64,000 nucleotides of DNA. Source: Verrucomicrobiaceae bacterium. Its GTDB lineage: Bacteria; Verrucomicrobiota; Verrucomicrobiia; Verrucomicrobiales; Akkermansiaceae. The stretch spans positions 1-64,000 of the forward strand of contig JBPOGH010000020.1 in assembly GCA_051252135.1 (NCBI GenBank), in the 5' to 3' direction. Position 1 is the stretch's first letter. Every line of letters begins with the position of its first letter. The notes under the pieces were generated by a model. It saw only the letters and a list, made by a program, of their open reading frames with translations. It was not told the DNA's origin and did no database searches. This document shows positions 56,859 to 64,000 of this stretch, piece after piece. Made by a program: the position numbers and the translations under genes.

Positions 56859-57587
56859 GTGATTCATAAATTGATCTTAATAGGCGGATACATCGCCTTG
56901 GCCTCCGGGGCCATGGGCGACCTCTGGGTGGAAGGAACGAGCCAGCCCTCGGAACGTATCACCATCAGTTCTCCGGTGGAGGAAATCGTGGAAAGTGTGG
57001 AGGTTGTCGAGGGTGACGTGGTTGAAAAAGGTGCCGTACTGGCAACCCTTTTTTCCACCCAGGAAGCGTTGGAGGTCAAGCGATTGGGCCTCCTGATCGA
57101 TAAGGCCGCAGAAGACCTGCGAACGGCCCAGAATCTCTACAACAAGAAGATTCAGAGTAAGTCGAATCTCATGGAGAAGGAGGTCGAACTGAAGCGCCTG
57201 AAGGTGGAACGCGAGATTGCCCAATTTTCCGTGGATCAACGTTCGATCAAGGCTCCGGTGGCGGGGACCGTGGTCTATCGCTTGAAGGATCCCGGTGAGG
57301 CAATCGGCAGGGTTGAACCACTTTTTGAGATCATTGATGCTTCGCGGCTCAAGCTGGTATTCTTTCTGTCGACGAAACACCTCCCTCTCCTCAAGGAGGG
57401 TATGGAGGTCGACGTAACGTTCCCCGAAATGCCCAAAGTAAGTGGCCAGAAAGCGAAATTGGTTTTTGTCGATTCGCAACTGGATTCCCGCAGCGGACTC
57501 TTTCGGGTTCGCTTCGATTTCGACAATGGTGAGCTTAAGCTCAAGCCGGGTTTGCGTGTGAAGGTCAAGCTCCCTGAAATCGAATGA
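56859..57587 (+). CDS. Short periplasmic adaptor (membrane fusion protein, HlyD/RND-type)
   Basis: GTG start; N-terminal hydrophobic segment; lipoyl halves ISSPVEEIV..VVEGDVVEKGAVL and IKAPVAGTV; coiled hairpin; DSRSGLFRVR..LKPG. Confidence 0.9.
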   Translation: MIHKLILIGGYIALASGAMGDLWVEGTSQPSERITISSPVEEIVESVEVVEGDVVEKGAVLATLFSTQEALEVKRLGLLIDKAAEDLRTAQNLYNKKIQSKSNLMEKEVELKRLKVEREIAQFSVDQRSIKAPVAGTVVYRLKDPGEAIGRVEPLFEIIDASRLKLVFFLSTKHLPLLKEGMEVDVTFPEMPKVSGQKAKLVFVDSQLDSRSGLFRVRFDFDNGELKLKPGLRVKVKLPEIE

Positions 57588-59353
57588 ACTTGAGTGGACT
57601 TTTTCAGGCCGGGACCGAGCCATCCGATTTTTGGAATGGTATGCTGCAAGCGGCCGCCGTCGATTGGCAGCTCCGTCAATGCGTCGCCTTACAGGTGGCC
57701 GATGGAGCAGTGAAACTTTTTGGAGAAAGTGAGGAGAGCAACCTTCGCACGGCTCCGCCTGCAGTGCGCAAGGAGATCATGTCTTCTGGCACCGAACCCC
57801 GGCAAATTGCGGATGGCGGTCTATTCTGGATGATCCAGTCTCTGGAGATTTTCGGCACCGAAACGAGCTTCACCTTGGTGACCGCACGGGAGTTGGAAAT
57901 GACCGGGGTCGAGAACTCCCAGCTGCGGAGTTTCGTGCAATCGGCAGTCGCTGCTTATTCCGCCAACCGTAAGGCGGAGACCTCCGAGAAGTCTCTGGAA
58001 GAGATTTCTCGGGTGGTGGATCTTGGGCTAATCATCGGAGAGTCTCCACACTTTGGCGAGGCTGCCAATCGGGTCTGCAATGAACTTGAGACTGAACTCT
58101 CGGCAATGCGGGTGACTTTGGGCTGGCGAAAAAAAGGGCTCATGGAGCTGATTGCGACAAACCATGGCGGACGATTGCGCAATGATACGGAAACCGCCGG
58201 TGCCTTGGCGCGCGCGATGGACGAAGCGGCCGAGCAGGACTGCGAGGTGGGGGTCCCTGCCATCGCGGGAGCGGAGATCAACCGCCAACATAAAGTCTTT
58301 TCCGAGGCACATGCAAACTGCCAAATCATCTCCCTACCTCTGAGAAAGGATGGGGAGGTGCACGGCGCCGTAACTGTTGAATATCCCAATGGGTCAAAGG
58401 GAATCAGTCAGGAGCGAATTGATGCTCTTCGGGTGGTTCTGGACCTGGTGAGCCCGCAACTGGTTAATCTTTACGAAAAGTCCGGATGGATCGGATCCCG
58501 GATTTGGCGATCGATTCGCCGCCGGTTTGCCTCACTTTTGGGCTATCGTCATACGGGCTGGAAATTGGCCGGAATCATCCTCTTGCTGGGGTTTGGCCTC
58601 AGCTGCATCATTCCGATCACTCATAAGGTCAAGGCGGCCTTCGTCCTCCGGACCGAAGCATCGGCCGACCTGACGGCTCCATTCTCGGGCTACATCGACA
58701 CGGTTGAGGCCAACGTCGGCGACGTTGTCAAAAAAGGTCAGCTCCTGGTGACCTTGGATCGGCGTGAACTGGTGATGCAGCAGACCGAACTTAAGGCGGA
58801 ACGGGATCGTAATCTCGCCGATGCCCGCCGGTATGAAGCCGAAGGGGACCTTTCGCAGATGAAACTCTCCCAACTGGCGATTGAGCAGGCTGATGCCAAG
58901 TTGCAGGTCATCGATTATCGCCTGGCCCGCACTGAGGTCCGGGCTCCGTTTGATGGGGTGATCGTGGAGGGTGATTTGAAGGAACGCCTTTCTTCACCGA
59001 CTCAGGTGGGCGAGGTGCTCATGCGGATTGTGGAGATCAGGGAAACCTATGGTGAACTTCAAGTCGATGAGCGGGACATTCATTTTCTGGAGAAAGGCAT
59101 GAATGGTGAGATGGCCTTTACCTCCAGGCCGGAGCAGAAATTCGGGGTCTCTCTGGATACCTATGAGCCTGTGGCGGTGGTCAAGGAGACGGGGACTTAC
59201 TTCCGCGTTCGGGTGAATGTGGACGAGGATCCCGAGGATTGGTGGCGCCCGGGCATGAGCGGAGTCTGCAAGGTCGATATTGGAAAACGTTCGATCGCCT
59301 GGGTCTATCTGCACCGAACCTGGGAGTTTGTCAGGATGAAGCTTTGGTTCTAG
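57584..59353 (+). CDS. GAF domain - TM - HlyD-family adaptor fusion
   Basis: ATGA overlap with the upstream gene; GAF-like NELETELSAMRVTLG..AMDEAAEQD..SLPLRKDGEVHGAVTVE; TM WKLAGIILLLGFGLSCIIPI; APFSGYI..VGDVVKKGQLL; RAPFDGVIV; WRPGMSG. Confidence 0.85.
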   Translation: MNLSGLFQAGTEPSDFWNGMLQAAAVDWQLRQCVALQVADGAVKLFGESEESNLRTAPPAVRKEIMSSGTEPRQIADGGLFWMIQSLEIFGTETSFTLVTARELEMTGVENSQLRSFVQSAVAAYSANRKAETSEKSLEEISRVVDLGLIIGESPHFGEAANRVCNELETELSAMRVTLGWRKKGLMELIATNHGGRLRNDTETAGALARAMDEAAEQDCEVGVPAIAGAEINRQHKVFSEAHANCQIISLPLRKDGEVHGAVTVEYPNGSKGISQERIDALRVVLDLVSPQLVNLYEKSGWIGSRIWRSIRRRFASLLGYRHTGWKLAGIILLLGFGLSCIIPITHKVKAAFVLRTEASADLTAPFSGYIDTVEANVGDVVKKGQLLVTLDRRELVMQQTELKAERDRNLADARRYEAEGDLSQMKLSQLAIEQADAKLQVIDYRLARTEVRAPFDGVIVEGDLKERLSSPTQVGEVLMRIVEIRETYGELQVDERDIHFLEKGMNGEMAFTSRPEQKFGVSLDTYEPVAVVKETGTYFRVRVNVDEDPEDWWRPGMSGVCKVDIGKRSIAWVYLHRTWEFVRMKLWF

Positions 59354-59371
59354 TAGCCACTCCAGCTGAAC

Positions 59372-61516
59372 ATGAAGCAACGCACGGTTTTCGACGAGTC
59401 CTGGTATCGGGTCAGCCGTAGTCAGGTGCGCTTGCTTCCGGGTGTCGAGATGATCCGGCAGATGTTTCGAGGAGAACCCTGGTATGTCGTTTGCGACAAG
59501 TTGGGGCATCGATTTTTCCGCATCCGCCCGGCGGCTTATCGATTCATATGCTATCTTGAAGATGCGGCCTCGGTCGAGGAAGCCTGGGAGCGTGCCCTGG
59601 AGATTGATCCCACGGATGCGCCGGGGCAGGGCGAAGTCGTTCAGCTTCTATCCCAGCTCTATCAATCGGGACTCCTCCGGAGCGATCAGACGGCAGACAT
59701 CAGCGCACTTGAAGAGGTGAAGGCGCGGGAGGAAGCGCAGAAGCGCAAGCAACGGGTCTCCAGTCTTCTCTTCCTCAAGATTCCGCTGATCAATCCGGAT
59801 CCCTTTTTGCGGCGGACGCTGTCTCTGTTTGCCTGGTTGTTTACTCCCTTTGGAGCACTTCTTTGGCTGGTGGTCTTTGTTTGGGGTTCCCTGGCACTTA
59901 TTGAAAACTGGACCCGCTTTGCCGATTCCTCACGGTCAATTTTGGGATGGTCGAATTTGCCCTATCTCTATCTCAGCCTGATCATCACCAAAGTCTTGCA
60001 TGAATTCGGGCATGCCTATGCCTGCCGGAGGTACGGCAGGGAGGTTCCGGAAATGGGGGTAATGTTGCTTGTCTTTAACCCGCTGCCTTATGTTGATGCG
60101 TCATCGTGCTACGCTTTTGCGCGCAAATATCAGCGCGTGATCGTTGGTATTGCAGGGATGGCGGTCGAACTTTTCGTGGCGGCAGTTGCCGTTAAAATTT
60201 GGGCGGAGGGTGCGGATGGCATCACCTCGCGCGTTGCCTACAATGTGGCAATCACCGCGTCCATTGGAGCCCTTCTTTTTAATCTCAACCCGCTTCTACG
60301 CTTTGATGGTTACCATATCCTCTGCGATCTTTTGGAAACTCCCAATCTTCAGGGACGCTCCCAATCATTGGTGAGCTGGTGGGTGAACAAAAAGGTCTTC
60401 AAGATCGAACCGGGCCCGATCCCAACCACTTCCCGACGGGAACAGATCGGCTTCACGATCTACTTTTTTGCCAGCTGGATTTACCGCTTCCTGTTGATGA
60501 TCGGTATTTTAATTTTTGTTTCGAAGCAGTTCCTGATCATCGGGGTGATCCTTGCCCTTATTTTCGGGGTGATCTGGGGACTTCTTCCTTTTACGAAAGG
60601 AGTCCGCTATGTTTGCTTTAGCCCTAAACTTATGAACCGTCGAATGCGAGCACTTGGCATCGTGACCCTCTTTCTGACGGTCATCGTTGGATTCCTGGCC
60701 TTTGTCCCGATGCCTTACTACTTTCGGTCGGATGGCATCGTGAAATCCGCCTCGTTTCAGAATGTCTACACCAGCAGTCCGGGGAAGATTGTCGAGGTGG
60801 TCACTCCGTCCGGAACGATGGTTGAGGCCGGGCAGGTTTTGGTAAGGCTTACCAATGAAGAACTGCAGCAGGAGGGAGAGCTCATCCGGATTGAGCGGGA
60901 GCGGGGTGATCTATTGCTCCGGGAAGCCCGTAATGAACAGGGGACCCAATTGGCCGGACTGGAGGCTTTTCTGAAAGCGTTGGATTCCCGTGAATTGGCG
61001 TTGAAGCAACAGCTCAACGATTTGGTGGTACGGGCACCGGTCTCCGGACGCTGGGTTGCCAATGATCTCCATGAAGTGATTTCCTCGGTGGTTCCACGGG
61101 GACAATCCCTGGGAATGGTGCGTAGCGAAGAAGAATACGTCTTCACGGCCGTGGTGCATCAACGGGATGCCGGCCGACTTTCCCTGATTGATTCCGAGCT
61201 TAAGATCAGGGGACAGGAGGGGAATGACCTGATATTGACGGACCTTGATGCCATTCCGGCAGGGCAGAATGATCTGCCAAGTGCCGCTCTGGGGGTGGCC
61301 GGGGGAGGTTCCATGGGCGTGGCGACAAACGATGGTCAGGGGAATCGTGCCACCGAGCCCTACTTTCAGGTACGGGGAAAAATCGATCTTACTGAAGGTG
61401 TCATTCTCCAGCACGGCCAACGCGGGGTCGCCCGTTTTCCCTTACCGAAAACACCCCTCTTAAGCCAATGGTCCCACTCGGTGAGACAGTTTTTCCAGAG
61501 GGAATATCAACTCTAA
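59372..61516 (+). CDS. M50 (site-2) intramembrane metalloprotease fused to an N-terminal PqqD/RRE-like domain and a C-terminal HlyD-type adaptor
   Basis: HEFGH (59999-60013) and NLNPLLRFDGY (60281-60313) Zn-ligand motifs; several TM helices; C-terminal SPGKIVEV..GTMVEAGQVL..VRAPVSG lipoyl/hairpin; N-terminal three-strand/three-helix pattern. Confidence 0.88.
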   Translation: MKQRTVFDESWYRVSRSQVRLLPGVEMIRQMFRGEPWYVVCDKLGHRFFRIRPAAYRFICYLEDAASVEEAWERALEIDPTDAPGQGEVVQLLSQLYQSGLLRSDQTADISALEEVKAREEAQKRKQRVSSLLFLKIPLINPDPFLRRTLSLFAWLFTPFGALLWLVVFVWGSLALIENWTRFADSSRSILGWSNLPYLYLSLIITKVLHEFGHAYACRRYGREVPEMGVMLLVFNPLPYVDASSCYAFARKYQRVIVGIAGMAVELFVAAVAVKIWAEGADGITSRVAYNVAITASIGALLFNLNPLLRFDGYHILCDLLETPNLQGRSQSLVSWWVNKKVFKIEPGPIPTTSRREQIGFTIYFFASWIYRFLLMIGILIFVSKQFLIIGVILALIFGVIWGLLPFTKGVRYVCFSPKLMNRRMRALGIVTLFLTVIVGFLAFVPMPYYFRSDGIVKSASFQNVYTSSPGKIVEVVTPSGTMVEAGQVLVRLTNEELQQEGELIRIERERGDLLLREARNEQGTQLAGLEAFLKALDSRELALKQQLNDLVVRAPVSGRWVANDLHEVISSVVPRGQSLGMVRSEEEYVFTAVVHQRDAGRLSLIDSELKIRGQEGNDLILTDLDAIPAGQNDLPSAALGVAGGGSMGVATNDGQGNRATEPYFQVRGKIDLTEGVILQHGQRGVARFPLPKTPLLSQWSHSVRQFFQREYQL

Positions 61517-61526
61517 AGGATTTGAT

Positions 61527-63509
61527 ATGCAGATCAGCGCTCCCAGTCATTTTCAGGATTCGTTCTTTCAGGAGAAGCCACAGCAACCACTCAAGGGGCT
61601 TGATCATTTTACCAAGAAAGTCGTTGGGAAATGGAAACGTCGATCTTCCATTTTAAAGCCCTGGTCTGTGATCGTGGACGCTGCCGAGGTGGAACGCGCG
61701 GAGTTGGAAGAATTGGATAACAAGGCCATTAACCGGCTTCTGGTAAAAACACGATCCGAGATCACCGGGAATGCCTTGCCCACCGCCAAATCGCTTGCAT
61801 TGATCTGCGAAGTGGCACGCCGGGAACTTGGACTCACGCCCTACCGGGTCCAGATGCTTTCGGCTCTTGCATTGATCGACGGCTACCTTGCCGAGATCGA
61901 TACGGGAGAAGGCAAGACCTTATCGATTGCGCTGGCGGCCGCCTTTGAGGGCTGGAAGGGCGAGCCTGTTCATGTCGTGACGGCAAACGATTATCTCGCG
62001 GTGCGTGATGCCCGCACGATGAAGAAGCTTTATACCCGCCTTGGACTTCGCGTGGCTTCGGTTGTCGGTAAAACCGAACCGGCACTGCGGCGACAAGGCT
62101 ACCAGGCTGATATCACCTACACGACGGCCAAGGAAGTGGCTGCGGATTATCTTCGCGACCGCCTCCAGCTCGGTGAGTGGGATCGATCGGGGGCACGTCA
62201 GCACGTCCGGAAGTTCGTGCGGGCTCCGGGTAGCGGAATGCGGCTGACCCAACGGGGACTTTTTCGTGCCTTGATCGATGAGGCTGACAATGGCCTCATT
62301 GACGAAGCGGTGACTCCGCTTCTGATCAGCCAAAAGATTGAATCGGAGGACTTGCAGGCCGCTTGTCTTGGGGCGTGGCGGATTGCCGAATTTCTTCGGG
62401 CCGAGAGCGACTACACGGTGGAACGTTCCCGGCGTGAGGTTCATTTGACTTACTCCGGCGAAGATAAGGCTTCCGGGAGTGAGGAGTTCCCCGATGTTCC
62501 TTTGTGGCGTTGTCCGCAGCGAAGGAAGCAGATGATTCTGCTCGCGCTTGAAGCGCGGGAGTTTTTCACCCTCGGATCGCATTATATCATCGAGGAAGGA
62601 AAAGTGGTCATCATTGATGAAAGCACCGGACGTCCCATGCCGGACCGTTCCTGGAAGCTGGGATTGCACCAGATCGTGGAGGCCAAGGAAGGCGTGGAGA
62701 TCACCAATCCGAGCACCACGATCGCCCAGATTTCCTTCCAGAGTTTCTTCCAAAAATATCGGCGACTTTCAGGTGCAACGGGCACGGCACATGAAATTGC
62801 CGATGAGGTGTGGACGACCTATGGAGTGGCTACGATTCGGATTCCCCGCAACCTGCCAAACATATCCCGACGACAGGCACCCAAATTCTACCTTTCCGAA
62901 GCGGACCGGGAACATGCGGTGGTCGAGGAGATTCTGAATTTCCACCGGACCGGACAGCCGGTTCTTGTCGGCACCCGCACGGTGACCGCCAGTGAGCATC
63001 TCGGGAGTAAGTTGGGTTTCAAGAATGTTGATCACGTGATCCTGAACGCGAAACGCCTGGCTCAAGAGGCCGGAATCGTCGCCGATGCCGGAGGGCGTGG
63101 TCGTGTCACGATTGCCACCAATATGGCGGGTCGGGGGACGGATATCGAGTTGGCTCCCGGCGTCAAAGAACTTGGAGGGCTGCATGTCATTGCCACAGAG
63201 CCCCATGAGGCGCGGCGGGTCGACCGGCAGCTATTTGGGCGTTCGGGCCGACAAGGGGATCCCGGTTCGGTGAGTCGGCATTACGCATTTGATGATGTGC
63301 TTTTCCACACTTTCCTGCCCGGATGGGTCCATCGCTTGGTCTCCCGAACAGCTCATCCCCAGACCGGAAAGATGGCGCTCCCCATCGTGTGTCGGGTTCT
63401 CCTCCGGTATGTCCAGATGCGTGCTGAAAAGCTCGCGGCTTTCCGGCGAAAGCAGGTCTCCGAAAACGACCGGCAGCAGCGCGCCTCACTCGGGTTTACC
63501 CGGGACTAG
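61527..63509 (+). CDS. secA: Accessory, C-terminally truncated SecA paralog (SecA_DEAD ATPase, 660 aa)
   Basis: EIDTGEGKT, HVVTANDYLAVRDA, DEADNGLIDEAVTPLLIS, DESTGR..GLHQIVEAKEG, TGTA, GQPVLVGT, LNAK, ATNMAGRGTDI, RRVDRQLFGRSGRQGDPG. Ends ~80 aa after motif VI. Not the housekeeping copy. Confidence 0.93.
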   Translation: MQISAPSHFQDSFFQEKPQQPLKGLDHFTKKVVGKWKRRSSILKPWSVIVDAAEVERAELEELDNKAINRLLVKTRSEITGNALPTAKSLALICEVARRELGLTPYRVQMLSALALIDGYLAEIDTGEGKTLSIALAAAFEGWKGEPVHVVTANDYLAVRDARTMKKLYTRLGLRVASVVGKTEPALRRQGYQADITYTTAKEVAADYLRDRLQLGEWDRSGARQHVRKFVRAPGSGMRLTQRGLFRALIDEADNGLIDEAVTPLLISQKIESEDLQAACLGAWRIAEFLRAESDYTVERSRREVHLTYSGEDKASGSEEFPDVPLWRCPQRRKQMILLALEAREFFTLGSHYIIEEGKVVIIDESTGRPMPDRSWKLGLHQIVEAKEGVEITNPSTTIAQISFQSFFQKYRRLSGATGTAHEIADEVWTTYGVATIRIPRNLPNISRRQAPKFYLSEADREHAVVEEILNFHRTGQPVLVGTRTVTASEHLGSKLGFKNVDHVILNAKRLAQEAGIVADAGGRGRVTIATNMAGRGTDIELAPGVKELGGLHVIATEPHEARRVDRQLFGRSGRQGDPGSVSRHYAFDDVLFHTFLPGWVHRLVSRTAHPQTGKMALPIVCRVLLRYVQMRAEKLAAFRRKQVSENDRQQRASLGFTRD

Positions 63510-63533
63510 ATTTGGTCGAGCGGGTTCGCGCCG

Positions 63534-64000
63534 TCAGTAATCAATCCGAAAGGTCGGGCTGTCTTCCGGCTTGGATTTCCTTCGATCATATAATTTCGTT
63601 GTCGAAACGTTTGCGTGGCCCAACCACTCTTGGACCTTTGCGATATCGGCTTCGTGTGACAGGGCGTTGGTGGCTGCGGTGGCCCGCATGGCATGATTGG
63701 AAACGATGCTGGCATCCAGGCCGGCGACCATGGCCCATTTCTTGATCACGTCCTGATAGAGCGAGTACTGTCTTAATGGGGTGGGAGTGTTGCTCCCCGC
63801 GTTATTGTTGCTGACGGAGCGAAAGAGCGGGTCCTTTCTCTCATCGCCATGGCCGGCCGCCTCGAGGTAATCGGAAATGAGTCTCTGGGCTTTCGGATGC
63901 AGAGGGATGAATCGAATCTTGCTCCGTTTTCCCAGTACCCGGAGATGGGGCACTCCTTCGCGATTTTGCATCGATGATGGTGTCAGTGCGGCCAGCTCGG
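63534..64000 (-). CDS. Tyrosine recombinase/integrase, C-terminal part (runs off the window)
   Basis: Frame is open to the window end (ELAALTPSSMQNREG..). LGKRSK, HAMR (HxxR), LGH...TTKLY catalytic motifs. Confidence 0.88.
   Translation of the reverse strand, partial: ELAALTPSSMQNREGVPHLRVLGKRSKIRFIPLHPKAQRLISDYLEAAGHGDERKDPLFRSVSNNNAGSNTPTPLRQYSLYQDVIKKWAMVAGLDASIVSNHAMRATAATNALSHEADIAKVQEWLGHANVSTTKLYDRRKSKPEDSPTFRIDY

Noticed and set aside
63510..63533. Terminator between secA and the integrase
   Set aside because: Only a 3-4 bp GC stem with no U-tract.
63972..64000. Integrase as a 145-aa truncated pseudogene starting at 63971
   Set aside because: The frame continues without a stop to the window edge, so it is cut by the window.
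1..64000. CRISPR arrays, tRNA/rRNA, IS elements, intein or autotransporter barrel
   Set aside because: No such signatures seen; the window is almost fully protein-coding and the giant protein does not end in a barrel-type aromatic strand.

Overview
The window is almost entirely one + strand locus, probably from a Verrucomicrobia (PVC) bacterium; that assignment is inferred from a Verrucomicrobia-type C-terminal domain and mostly SD-less starts. Positions 1-46929 hold the 5'-truncated remainder of a giant secreted protein (>15,600 aa visible, no internal stop). It is built from beta-strand repeats, Ig-like repeats, RTX Ca2+-binding nonapeptides, Calx-beta-like and PPC-like domains, some of which appear nested inside one another. 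Downstream come a two-partner secretion pair (TpsA with a haemagglutinin/TPS domain and ~11 MBG-like repeats; TpsB/ShlB with VRGY motif) and a small secreted protein. Then, behind a clear sigma70-like promoter, lies an atypical type I-like export operon: TolC, a short adaptor (MFP), a GAF-MFP fusion, a PqqD/RRE-like + M50 site-2 protease + MFP fusion, and a C-terminally truncated SecA paralog. No ABC or RND transporter is present in the window. The best candidate for a poorly described system is this ABC-less TolC/MFP/S2P/SecA machine, proposed to export the giant protein. A convergent tyrosine recombinase runs off the right edge. All domain calls are from motif reading by eye, not database searches.
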